DNA of 64,000 nucleotides from an uncultured Holophagae bacterium (GTDB lineage Bacteria; Acidobacteriota; Thermoanaerobaculia; Thermoanaerobaculales; Sulfomarinibacteraceae): NCBI GenBank assembly GCA_963718055.1, contig CAVQXZ010000001.1, positions 1,171,605 to 1,235,604 of the forward strand, read 5' to 3'. Shown piece by piece: positions 27,159 to 36,144 of this stretch (position 1 is its first letter; each line of letters starts with the position of its first letter). The notes under the pieces were generated by a model. It saw only the letters and a program-made list of their open reading frames with translations, ran no database searches and was not told where the DNA came from. The position numbers and the translations under genes were made by a program.

Positions 27159-29891
27159 ATGTCCACTCTAGGATTCGATGATCGCTCGGGAGAAGTGCGT
27201 CTTGGCGAGTATCGGCCAGATTCACTCGAGCATCGTGCACTTCTGGGGGACGGCACGGCTCGTGAGGATAGTGGCCAGCTCGACGCTAGTGACGGAAGGG
27301 ACAGATTTCACGAGGAGTTGAGGCGCAGGAACCTGGGGATCCTCCTCTGGACTAACCTGATATTCAATCCAACGCTATTACTCTGGGGAGTCTTCGACTT
27401 TTTTCTGGCGCCAGATTCTTGGCGCTACTTCGTTTCGCTGAGACTCGCTGGCGTTGCGATAAACACTGCGACAATGCTGGTCCTGCTGCGATCGAATCTT
27501 CGTCGGTACTCCTGGGAAGGCATGTGGCTCCTCATATTCACCTTGTGTGCAGTTGTGGCTTTGATGTTGCCGCTTTCCGGCGGGAGCTTTGCCAGATACG
27601 TGATGGGCTTTGCGGTGATTGTATTCGGAGCCGGAGTCATACCTGTCTGGCCGCCTCGATGGGGACTCTCCGTTTTGGTCTGTTCTGTGGCGTTCGCAGT
27701 GTTGGTTCTCTTGACCCGAGAAGGCGAGGGGATTGTAGGGGGCGACATCCTTGGGAACAGCTTTGTCGTCGCAACTGCGGTTGGTCTGAGCATCGCGGCC
27801 ACTTTCTTCAAGTACGACTTAATGAGGAGTGAGTTTGAAAGCAGGCAAAAGCTCGCTGCCGTCGCTCAGAGGGAGTCGCGCACCAGCCGGAGTTTGGAAG
27901 AAGCGTCTCAAGAACTTCAGAGTGCCTTGGCGAGACTGAAGGAGCTAGATCGACTAAAGAGCAAGTTCTTCGCGAACATCTCTCACGAGCTGCGAACACC
28001 GTTGACGATGATCCTAGGTCCGTTGGGCGAGCTGGAACGCTGGGTATCTGGCGATGACGGGAAGGCCTTTGTCAGCGTGATTCGCCGAAACGCAGAGAGG
28101 CTACTCGGCCTAATCGATGATCTGCTTGACCTCTCTCGGCTTGACGCCGGAGGACTTAGGCTGAATCTGGCGGAGATTGACATCCGTTCCGTGGGGACGA
28201 CCGTTTTCGAGAACACGCGCCCAGCCGCTTTGGCTAAGGGGATTGACTCACGGTTCGTCGCGGACTCGTCTGGGCAGAAGATCTGGGGAGATGCGCACCG
28301 GCTGGAGATTGTGCTCACCAACCTGGTGAGCAATGCAATCAAGTTCACAGACCGAGGTGGGACGATCGAGACGAGGATCCAAGACGAGCCGGATGGGGTT
28401 TTTGTTGAGGTCGAAGACAACGGAATTGGCATCCCTGCGGAAAACCTGCCGCGGGTCTTTGAGAGGTTCTTCCAGGTGGGCGCCGGCGACAGGCGGAGGG
28501 AGGGTGGTGTCGGGATTGGGCTTGCGTTGGCGAAAGAGCTGGTAGAGCTTCATGGTGGTTCGATAAAGGTGGAGTCGAACGAAAACCAGTTCACCCGCTT
28601 CTCCTTGAAAATTCCGTTCGGCCGCGATCACATCCGCCCAGACGTCGTTGAGAGGAGAAGGATGATCGAGGCTGCCCCGCCACGGGGCAGGAGAACGGAA
28701 GACCCTACGACGGTTTCAGAAGTCAACCTGCAGCCAACGGTGTTGGAAACCGCTATGGTTGATGCCACCGACGAGGAGGCTTATCAGTTCGGAGGGTGGC
28801 GGACGGCCAATATCCTGTTGGTTGAGGATCATGAGGAGGTGCGGGACTTCATTCGAGTTCTTTTGGCGCCGCGCTACAACGTGCAAACAGCAGTGGGCGG
28901 AAGGGAAGCCTTGGGTCTGGTCATGGATAGGCCTCCCGACTTGGTTGTCTCTGACGTAATGATGCCAGAGATGAGCGGCACAGAACTGTGTCGGGCGATC
29001 AAGAGCGATCCGAGAACCAGCGGCATACCGGTGATTCTACTGACGGCGCGAGTGGGATCGGAGGCGACGCTTGAGGCATATGCCTTCGGGGCGGATGACT
29101 TTGTAGCTAAACCTTTCCATCCGAGAGTTTTAATGGCTCGCATTCGTGCACAACTGCGGTTGCGCGACTTGGGTCTCAGACTTGCAGAACGAGAGAAGTT
29201 GGCGGTTGTTGGAACCTTGGCGGCGGGGATCTTGCACGAGGTCCGCAATCCGGTGAATGCCATCCTAAACGCATCCCGGTTGCTGTCCCAGGAAGAAACC
29301 GCTCAGGGTACCAAGAATGAGCTTGTTCAGATCATCGCGGACGGCGCAAACCGCATTCAGCGCATCACCGAGGCACTGGACTCTCACGCCAGACCAGCGG
29401 AAGGAGGAGAGCCGCGGCCATGTGACGTCAGAGAGGGCATCCAGGCGACCCTGAGGCTCCTGCAGCATCGATTGAATGGAATCGTGGTCAATCAGGAGTA
29501 CCTCACTGACAGGATGGCGCTGGTTTCAGCTGGGCCGATCAACCAGGTCTTTCTTAACCTCCTGGACAACTCGCTGCGCGCGGGTGCTGGCGTGCTCTGG
29601 ATTCAGGTTCGCGAAAGCGGTGATCGCATACAAATCCGCTTTGCCGATGACGGGGCAGGAGTGCCCAGCGAGAACACGGAACGCATATTCGATCCCTTCT
29701 ATACTACTCGCAGCGACGGGTCTGGGACGGGGCTTGGGTTGTACCTCTCGAGGAAGATGGTCACTGATGAGGGCGGCTCCCTGTGGTATGAGCCGCGTCC
29801 AGGCGGGGGTGCGGTGTTCGTGATCGAAGTGCCCTCGGAGTCTGAAGGACTGGGTGACCGCTCCAGAACCCGACGAGCGGAAACTGTCTGA
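27159..29891 (+). CDS. hybrid sensor kinase with the architecture multi-TM sensor, HisKA-HATPase, REC, second HisKA-like-HATPase
   Basis: About 6 TM helices (aa 60-240). First H-box FFANISHELRTPLT and G-box GVGIGLALAKELVELHGG. REC is ILLVEDHEEVR...DLVVSDVMMPEMSG...ILLTAR...AKPF. Second H-box is ILHEVRNPVNAI with GTGLGLYLSRKMV. Confidence 0.85.
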   Translation: MSTLGFDDRSGEVRLGEYRPDSLEHRALLGDGTAREDSGQLDASDGRDRFHEELRRRNLGILLWTNLIFNPTLLLWGVFDFFLAPDSWRYFVSLRLAGVAINTATMLVLLRSNLRRYSWEGMWLLIFTLCAVVALMLPLSGGSFARYVMGFAVIVFGAGVIPVWPPRWGLSVLVCSVAFAVLVLLTREGEGIVGGDILGNSFVVATAVGLSIAATFFKYDLMRSEFESRQKLAAVAQRESRTSRSLEEASQELQSALARLKELDRLKSKFFANISHELRTPLTMILGPLGELERWVSGDDGKAFVSVIRRNAERLLGLIDDLLDLSRLDAGGLRLNLAEIDIRSVGTTVFENTRPAALAKGIDSRFVADSSGQKIWGDAHRLEIVLTNLVSNAIKFTDRGGTIETRIQDEPDGVFVEVEDNGIGIPAENLPRVFERFFQVGAGDRRREGGVGIGLALAKELVELHGGSIKVESNENQFTRFSLKIPFGRDHIRPDVVERRRMIEAAPPRGRRTEDPTTVSEVNLQPTVLETAMVDATDEEAYQFGGWRTANILLVEDHEEVRDFIRVLLAPRYNVQTAVGGREALGLVMDRPPDLVVSDVMMPEMSGTELCRAIKSDPRTSGIPVILLTARVGSEATLEAYAFGADDFVAKPFHPRVLMARIRAQLRLRDLGLRLAEREKLAVVGTLAAGILHEVRNPVNAILNASRLLSQEETAQGTKNELVQIIADGANRIQRITEALDSHARPAEGGEPRPCDVREGIQATLRLLQHRLNGIVVNQEYLTDRMALVSAGPINQVFLNLLDNSLRAGAGVLWIQVRESGDRIQIRFADDGAGVPSENTERIFDPFYTTRSDGSGTGLGLYLSRKMVTDEGGSLWYEPRPGGGAVFVIEVPSESEGLGDRSRTRRAETV

Positions 29892-29933
29892 GTCTTTCTC
29901 CGTTACGATCGCCAGGGTGTCAGAGGGAGATCG

Positions 29934-31406
29934 ATGGCGAGATCTTATGAGAGCTTGATGGGAGCAGCTGGTCGTTCCGTCTTCTTCAGACCCGAACGCC
30001 AGCGCGTCCGCGAACTGCTTTCGCGCGACGCAAGGCCGAAATTGCTTGTTCAGGGTGACGAGTACCCACTATTTGACATATCGATGAACGGCCTCTCGTT
30101 CTTGTCTGACCAAGTGAGTGATTCGTGGGAAGTGGGCGAGCCGCTGGACCTCTCCTTGGTCCTGCACGGGGATGAAGTCTACAGGGGATGTGCTCGTGTG
30201 GCCAGAACCGAAAGGGGACCTCGTGGGACCCGTATCGGCTTGGCTCTGACAACGGGATTTCTTGATCTGCCGGACATTCTTCGCCGAGATGATGAGAAGC
30301 GTCTCGAACGCGATTTGGACGAAGGACCGACGGCGCTGAGTTCTCGGGTGCCGGATGCCTACAAGCGCATCGTGGCGGAGATGGTCTACTTTCTTCAGTT
30401 CTACAGGAAGTCACTGGATGAGCATGAAGGGCGGTACAGAAAGACCGCTTCGGATGTGTCCGCGCCAGAGGATTTGAGTTCGCGAGCGTACGAAGCGATT
30501 CGGCGACCTTGGTGGCGTTTGCAGCTGGAGGCGGCCAACGCCGCCGTTCCGTGCCTTCAGGACAGGGACGTTCTAATTGCAGCAAAGCAGTACACGGAGG
30601 TTTTGCTTACTCCGTTGCTCAGCGCTTCGCCGTTTGTCAGACGGGCGTACGAGAAACCCCTGGGCTACCCTGGTGACTATCAGCTGATGCAGTGGTGTTA
30701 CTCGAACAGCTATGACGGTGAGGGTGCATTTGGACGAGTCTTCCACAAGTACTTTGTCGACGACTACCAATTGAGCAGGGGCGTTCGGAGCCGCAGAGAT
30801 TTCGTGGTCGACTTGATGGCCCGGGAACATGATCGAGTACTCAGAGAATCGAACGACGACGCTTCATTTCGGGTTGTCAGCTTAGGGTGCGGACCAGCAC
30901 GCGAGGTGTCCGACTTCGTAGCTCAAAGACGTCAGTGGCCGGGCCAGATCATATGGACACTGATCGACCAAGAGGAAGCCGCGTTGAGCGTCGCCTATCA
31001 AGCGAGTCGGCGCGAACTGGGGAAGTGGCAATCAAACGGTCACCTGAATCTCCTGAATCTCTCCTTCGTGCAGATGTTGAGCGAAGGACTTCCACTTCAG
31101 GGAGCGAGTACCCAAGATCTGATCTTCAGCGTGGGTTTGTTCGACTATCTTCGAGAGTCGCGTGCGCAGACTCTCCTGACCGCTCTCTATGACCTTCTTG
31201 CACCGGGCGGGGTCCTGGCCGTTGGAAACGCAATCGCACCTAACGACTTCTTCTGGGCGGCCGAGTTCCTTGCGGACTGGACACTCCTGTACAGATCCAA
31301 ACAGGAGATGCTGGATTTGGCTGCGTTGATTCCGCAGACCGCAGAGGTCTCGGTAGTCATGGAACCCTCTCAGGCTTACCACTTTCTTCTTGTGAGGAAA
31401 CACTGA
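29934..31406 (+). CDS. PilZ-domain / class I SAM-dependent methyltransferase fusion protein (PhcB-like length and layout)
   Basis: N-terminal RQRVR (RxxxR, aa 22-26), then DISMNG 21 residues later (DxSxxG, aa 48-53). C-terminal methyltransferase motifs are PLGYPGDY, VVSLGCGPAREV, LIFSVGLFDYL and LAPGGVLAVGN. Confidence 0.75.
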   Translation: MARSYESLMGAAGRSVFFRPERQRVRELLSRDARPKLLVQGDEYPLFDISMNGLSFLSDQVSDSWEVGEPLDLSLVLHGDEVYRGCARVARTERGPRGTRIGLALTTGFLDLPDILRRDDEKRLERDLDEGPTALSSRVPDAYKRIVAEMVYFLQFYRKSLDEHEGRYRKTASDVSAPEDLSSRAYEAIRRPWWRLQLEAANAAVPCLQDRDVLIAAKQYTEVLLTPLLSASPFVRRAYEKPLGYPGDYQLMQWCYSNSYDGEGAFGRVFHKYFVDDYQLSRGVRSRRDFVVDLMAREHDRVLRESNDDASFRVVSLGCGPAREVSDFVAQRRQWPGQIIWTLIDQEEAALSVAYQASRRELGKWQSNGHLNLLNLSFVQMLSEGLPLQGASTQDLIFSVGLFDYLRESRAQTLLTALYDLLAPGGVLAVGNAIAPNDFFWAAEFLADWTLLYRSKQEMLDLAALIPQTAEVSVVMEPSQAYHFLLVRKH

Positions 31407-31455
31407 GAAGCTACTCCGGCGTTCTCAGCCTGCATCATCCTGTTAAGATCAAGAC

Positions 31456-32595
31456 ATGACGGGGACCGTCCTGTACGTGGACGATGACACCGCCAACCTG
31501 GTGGTGCTCAAGGCGACGTGCCAGGGCGAGTTCGACGTCATCACGGCGGCGAGCGGTCCGGAGGGGCTGGAGATCCTCAAGGAGCGGGAGGTGGAGGTCC
31601 TGCTCGTCGACCAGCGGATGCCGGGGATGAGCGGCGTCGAGGTCTTCGAGATCGCGCAGGAGCTGTACCCGGACACCATCCGGATCCTGATCACCGCCTA
31701 CTCGGACTTGTCCGAAGCGATCAGCGCCATCAACCGCGGCAGGATCCGCCGCTACATCCGCAAGCCGTGGGAGCCCGACGAGCTCAAGGCGGTGCTGCGC
31801 GACGGCATCGAGACCTACCAGATCCGCCGCAAGGTGAACATGCTCGAGACGCGCCTGATCGAGACCGAGCGCACTTATGCGCTGGGCGTGGTGGCGGCCA
31901 GCGTCGCTCACGAGCTCCGCAATCCGCTGGCCGCGATGGTGATGGGCGTCGATCTCGCGCAGCTCAGGCTCGACCAGCTGATGGGCGAGATGCATCCTGG
32001 AACCGGCGTTCTTCCGAGCCACGTCGACACCGTCCGCAAGGTCCGCCACCAGATGGACGAGATCGCCGCGGCCACCGACCAGGTCACGGAGATCACCAAG
32101 GGGATGGAGCTGGGGCACCGCCGGCGCGACGAGGACGTGCAGGCGGATCTGAAGGAGATCGTCGAGCTGACTCTCACCTTCGTGCGGGCCGCGCTGCTCA
32201 AGTGCGCCCTGCTCGACGTCGACCTGCAGCCGTGCCCGCTCGTGAAGGGCTCGCCGAACAAGCTCGGCCAGGTGATGACCAACCTCCTCGTCAATGCGAT
32301 GCAGGCCATGCCGGACCGCGGCCGCTCCGAGAATCGGATCAAGGTTTCCCTTGCCCCGGATCAGGCCGAAGGGTGGGTGAGGCTGGCGGTCCAGGACAAC
32401 GGCGAGGGCATTCCGGACGACGTCCGCGAGCACATCTTCGATCCGTTCTTCACCACCAAGACCCAGGGCGGCACCGGGCTCGGCCTCGCGATCTCCAGGC
32501 GGATCGTCGAGGAGGTCGGCGGCCACATCGACTTCGAGAGCCGCCCTGGCAAGGGGACCACCTTCACCGTCCGCCTCCCCGCCGCCCGGACGTAG
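31456..32595 (+). CDS. response-regulator receiver fused to a histidine-kinase core (REC-HK, PhcR-like layout)
   Basis: VLYVDDDTANL...LLVDQRMPGMSG...ILITAY...IRKPW is the REC domain. VAHELRNPLAAM is the H-box. NLLVNAMQAM and GGTGLGLAISRRIVEE are the ATPase boxes. High GC, unlike the island upstream. Confidence 0.85.
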   Translation: MTGTVLYVDDDTANLVVLKATCQGEFDVITAASGPEGLEILKEREVEVLLVDQRMPGMSGVEVFEIAQELYPDTIRILITAYSDLSEAISAINRGRIRRYIRKPWEPDELKAVLRDGIETYQIRRKVNMLETRLIETERTYALGVVAASVAHELRNPLAAMVMGVDLAQLRLDQLMGEMHPGTGVLPSHVDTVRKVRHQMDEIAAATDQVTEITKGMELGHRRRDEDVQADLKEIVELTLTFVRAALLKCALLDVDLQPCPLVKGSPNKLGQVMTNLLVNAMQAMPDRGRSENRIKVSLAPDQAEGWVRLAVQDNGEGIPDDVREHIFDPFFTTKTQGGTGLGLAISRRIVEEVGGHIDFESRPGKGTTFTVRLPAART

Positions 32596-32716
32596 AGGAC
32601 GGGGCCGAACCGCACCAGCGGCAGCAGCCGGCACCTACCTTCAACTTCAGCTCGCAGGCCGAAATACCCGCAGCGCTGCGGTGTTGTGCGTGCAACGGCG
32701 TCGCGCTGGAGGATCC

Positions 32717-34378
32717 ATGATCGCGCTGCACATTGAGCCGCCATCTGCCGAGGCCTTCGTCAAGCGCCTCGATGGCGGCACGCATGTCATCGGGCGCTCG
32801 GACCAGGCCGACCTGGTGATACCGGACCGGTCGCTGTCCCGGCAGCACGCCCGGCTGATCTACGAGAACGGCGCCTGGACGATCGAGGACCTCGGCTCGC
32901 GAAACGGGACCCTGGTCAACCGGCAGCGCATCGAGGGGCCAACGCCTCTGAGGTCCGGGGACGTCGTGGCGCTCGGCTCGAGCATGTTCACCGTGCGGCA
33001 CGGCGGCGCGGCTGTGCCGGCTGCCGGAGGCGCCGGTCGCAGCTTCGGTGACCACACGATGTTCAAATCGGCGGCGACGCTGCTCGAGGAGTCGAGCGCG
33101 GTGCATCTGCCGGCTGGGGCTCCCGGCGACGATCGCATCAGGTCGTACGCAGAGCGGCTGCGCACCCTCAACGAGGTGCACGAGGCGCTCGGCCGCACAG
33201 TCGCCATCGACGACCTGCTGGATCTGATTCTCGACCGCGCGTTCGTCGCGCTCCGTCCCGAGGAGGGGGCGATCTTCCTCAAGCGCGCCGACGGCCAGTA
33301 CGACTGCGCCGCGAGCAGGTCGAACAGGGGGACCTCGCATCGCTGCCTGTACTCCACCAACCTGATCCGAGAGGTCGCGGAGAAGGGCCTTGCGGCTCTG
33401 GTGCTCGACGCCGAGCTGGACGACCGCTTCAACAAGGCGATGAGCATCCTCAGCGCCGGAGTCCGGAGCATGGTCGCGGCGCCCCTGCTCGACCCGGACG
33501 GACCGCTCGGGATGATGGTCCTCGGGTCCTCCTTAACCGTCCGGCGCTTCAACGAAGAGGACATGCAGCTGCTGACCTCGCTCGCCTCGGTTGCTGCCAT
33601 GAGAATCCGCAACCTGCGCCTCACCGACGAGGCCGCCGAGCGCAAGCGGCTCGAGCGGGAGGTGAAGATCGCGCGCGAGGTCCAGATGGCGCTGCTTCCC
33701 GAGCGGCTGCCGGACGTCCCGGGTTGGGAGCTCCACGGCGGCAACTCGCCCTCCCGCGGCGTGTCTGGCGACCTGTTCAAGGTGGTCGAGCAGACGCCCG
33801 GTCGCGACTACGCGGTGTTCTTGGCGGACGTGTCTGGCAAGGGGATCGGGGCCGCGCTGCTGACCGCCTCGCTCGAGGCCCTCGTCGCGGCCCAGATCGA
33901 GCTGGGCACTCCGCCGGATCAGGCCTGCGGGCTGGTGTCGCGGCTGCTCTATGCGCGCACGCCGCCCGAGAAGTACGCGACCGGCTTCCTCGGCGTGCTC
34001 GATGCCGAATCGGGAGCCCTCCGCTACGCCAGCGCCGGCCACAACCCCGGCCTGCTGGTTCACGGCGACGGGACCACCGAGTGGCTGCAGCCGACCGGGA
34101 TGCCGCTCGGATTGATGCCCGCGGGGGGCTACACGGCGGTCGAGATCACACTCACGGGCGGCGACACCCTCGTCCTCTACACCGACGGCATCACCGAAGC
34201 GAACAACCCCGAGGACGAAGAGTTCGGAGAGCAGCGGCTCGAGGCGGTGTGCGTCGCCAACCGCCAGCTTCCGCCGCGCGAGCTCGCCGCCGCTCTCGAC
34301 CGCGAACTCGAGGCGTTCGTCGAGGGAGTGCCATACGCCGACGACCGTACGGTCGTCATCGTCCGCAAGCTGGGCTGA
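32717..34378 (+). CDS. FHA-GAF-PP2C (SpoIIE-type) serine/threonine phosphatase
   Basis: FHA: HVIGRSDQADLVIPDRSLSRQHARL...WTIEDLGSRNGTLVN. A central GAF-like region follows. PP2C: GVSGDLF...LADVSGKGIGAALL...AGHNPG...LYTDGITEA. GGAGGA RBS before ATG 32717. Confidence 0.85.
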   Translation: MIALHIEPPSAEAFVKRLDGGTHVIGRSDQADLVIPDRSLSRQHARLIYENGAWTIEDLGSRNGTLVNRQRIEGPTPLRSGDVVALGSSMFTVRHGGAAVPAAGGAGRSFGDHTMFKSAATLLEESSAVHLPAGAPGDDRIRSYAERLRTLNEVHEALGRTVAIDDLLDLILDRAFVALRPEEGAIFLKRADGQYDCAASRSNRGTSHRCLYSTNLIREVAEKGLAALVLDAELDDRFNKAMSILSAGVRSMVAAPLLDPDGPLGMMVLGSSLTVRRFNEEDMQLLTSLASVAAMRIRNLRLTDEAAERKRLEREVKIAREVQMALLPERLPDVPGWELHGGNSPSRGVSGDLFKVVEQTPGRDYAVFLADVSGKGIGAALLTASLEALVAAQIELGTPPDQACGLVSRLLYARTPPEKYATGFLGVLDAESGALRYASAGHNPGLLVHGDGTTEWLQPTGMPLGLMPAGGYTAVEITLTGGDTLVLYTDGITEANNPEDEEFGEQRLEAVCVANRQLPPRELAAALDRELEAFVEGVPYADDRTVVIVRKLG

Positions 34379-34797
34379 AGGCGTCGGACTTCTCAGAATG
34401 GCGGAATCGCGTGCCGGGCAACTTTCCCGACCAGGGCACCCTTCGCACCCTCATCCCCGGTCGTACCGACCGCTCCCCCTAAAGCCGCGCGCCCTAGGCC
34501 GTACCAGCCGCAGCGATCGCGGTGGCTGCAGCCGTCCTGCTGGCCTCGAGACGGCGGGCAGCACCCTCAACCTGAGCCCTACGCGCCGAAGCCGGTCGGG
34601 TCACGAGTCCTGCACTCGCTAGAGGTGGAAACTGCCGGCTACGTATCCGCGGCCTTCGCCTTCTGCGAGCCGTCGACGCAGCAGCGTCTACCCGTAGACG
34701 AGCGACCGATAGACCTCGCAGCTCCCTTTTCCTCGAGCCGCGCCAGGGCCAGCAGCTGGCCGCGCGCCGGTGAGTAGCGCGGCCTGCGGCGACCTCG

Positions 34798-36144
34798 CTA
34801 CCGGGTTTGTCCCCCGTGCCCGGCCACGGCGCACCCATCCTCTACGGCGTGGCGGCGCACCGCCACCTGGTTGCCCGCATTCCCCTCGACTGTCCAGACG
34901 TGGGGCACGGGGTCCGACCGCGACACGTCGTACGCCAGGAACATGCCGCTGTGGGTCTTGTTCTCGACGCCCCCGGTGAAGTCGAAGGCTAGGTAGTTGC
35001 CACGCAGGGACCGGCTGAGCACCTCGCGCTTCTCGGCGGTGGTCTCGAGCACGTCGTAGGTGCCGTGGCCGCGGAAGTAGCCGATGATGTCCCCCACCGT
35101 GTCCGCTCCCTCGATGCCGGGATTGAGCGGAACGGTGAAGGCGACCCAGGAGTAGAACTCGCTGCACCAGAACTCGCCGCGCGAGGCCCCGTATCGCGTC
35201 CCGTCCACGTGGCTGCTGCCGCGGTAGCCAACCAGCCCGCTCTCCGACTGCGAGAACTCAGAGAGCGCGCGCGTCACGGCGGTGCTGCGCGTGTCGGGAG
35301 CGGTGCCCCCCTCGGGGAGGGTCAGGCTGTAAAGGGGCAGGCCCGTCGGATCGCCGATCACCTCGATGTCCGGTCTCACGATCGGCCTCACGGGAACGCG
35401 GATAAGCGGCGTCTCCAGGGTCAGATCGCGCCGCACGAATCCAGGCGGCCGGATCGGCAGCGGACGCGACACGGCGGCCTGGGTCGTGCCCGGTGAGGCG
35501 GGCATCACCGCCAGTGGCCGCGGCAGGGGCCTCGACCGGTAATTAGTAGCTGGGACCGGCTGCACGGTGCGGCCGAACTGGGCGTTGACCTGGTAGACGC
35601 GGCCAGGCTGCAGGCGGTCCAGCACGACGCGGACGAAACGCAGGTTGAACAGCCGATTCATGTCCGCCTTGATCCACCGGGCTCCTTCAAGCGAGCTGTC
35701 CGTGAGGTCCACCCACGAGACGTGGACCCACAGCCGGTCGCTGTCGCCAGCTTCGCGCGCCACCTGGCTGTTGACTCGGACACCCAAGGCCATCGACGTC
35801 GGAGTCGCGCTCGCGAGGTCGGTGAGGTACATGAACTCCGGCTCGTCCGTCAGGCCGTTGCAGTTGTCGTCCCGGCCATTGACCTCGGACTCTGGCCGCC
35901 GCGGATGGACGGCTGGGTTGCTGTCGTCGCAATCGCCCGAGGCCCCGCGGACGCGACGTATCCAGCCGATCTCGCAGCCGCCATCGTGGCCGAGGGGACG
36001 CCGTGAGGACTCGTCGAGGTAGCCGTCGTGGTCCGCGTCGGTGTAGCAGTACTCGTCCGTGGGGTCCTCGAGGCGTGCCCATGCCGGGTCCACGGCCACG
36101 GGGCACAGCGTCACCAGGATCGCTGCCTTCCAGCACGTAGACAT
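34798..36144 (-). CDS. secreted protein with a MopE-like Cys/Asp metal-binding motif and a C-terminal CHAP/NlpC-like Cys-His domain
   Basis: Signal peptide MSTCWKAAILVTLCPVAV. DADHDGY...CDDSNPAVHP...E..NGRDDNCNG is the putative metal-binding repeat. The C-terminus has FWCSEFYSW, KTHSGMFLAY and TVEGNAGN, a Cys, His, polar triad pattern. Confidence 0.6.
   Translation of the reverse strand: MSTCWKAAILVTLCPVAVDPAWARLEDPTDEYCYTDADHDGYLDESSRRPLGHDGGCEIGWIRRVRGASGDCDDSNPAVHPRRPESEVNGRDDNCNGLTDEPEFMYLTDLASATPTSMALGVRVNSQVAREAGDSDRLWVHVSWVDLTDSSLEGARWIKADMNRLFNLRFVRVVLDRLQPGRVYQVNAQFGRTVQPVPATNYRSRPLPRPLAVMPASPGTTQAAVSRPLPIRPPGFVRRDLTLETPLIRVPVRPIVRPDIEVIGDPTGLPLYSLTLPEGGTAPDTRSTAVTRALSEFSQSESGLVGYRGSSHVDGTRYGASRGEFWCSEFYSWVAFTVPLNPGIEGADTVGDIIGYFRGHGTYDVLETTAEKREVLSRSLRGNYLAFDFTGGVENKTHSGMFLAYDVSRSDPVPHVWTVEGNAGNQVAVRRHAVEDGCAVAGHGGQTR

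Larger units (their letters stand above)
25850..31430. other. compositional island, roughly 45-55% GC against about 68-70% flanks, carrying three genes
   Basis: Hand GC counts of single 60-nt lines inside give 42-47% (for example at 26161 and 27361). Flanking genes are visibly GC3-saturated. No integrase, tRNA or flanking direct repeats were seen. Confidence 0.7.

Noticed and set aside
25850-31430. Calling the low-GC island a mobile element or genomic island with defined ends.
   Set aside because: No integrase, transposase, tRNA target, direct repeats or inverted termini were visible at the borders. Only the compositional shift is supportable.
34379-34797. A 420-bp gap between the PP2C gene and the secreted hydrolase-like gene, examined for a tRNA, riboswitch or other known ncRNA.
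   Set aside because: No cloverleaf, no conserved ncRNA core motif and no convincing long hairpin were recognised by eye. The track ORFs there (34398..34622, 34494..34838) are low-complexity shadows. The gap remains unexplained.
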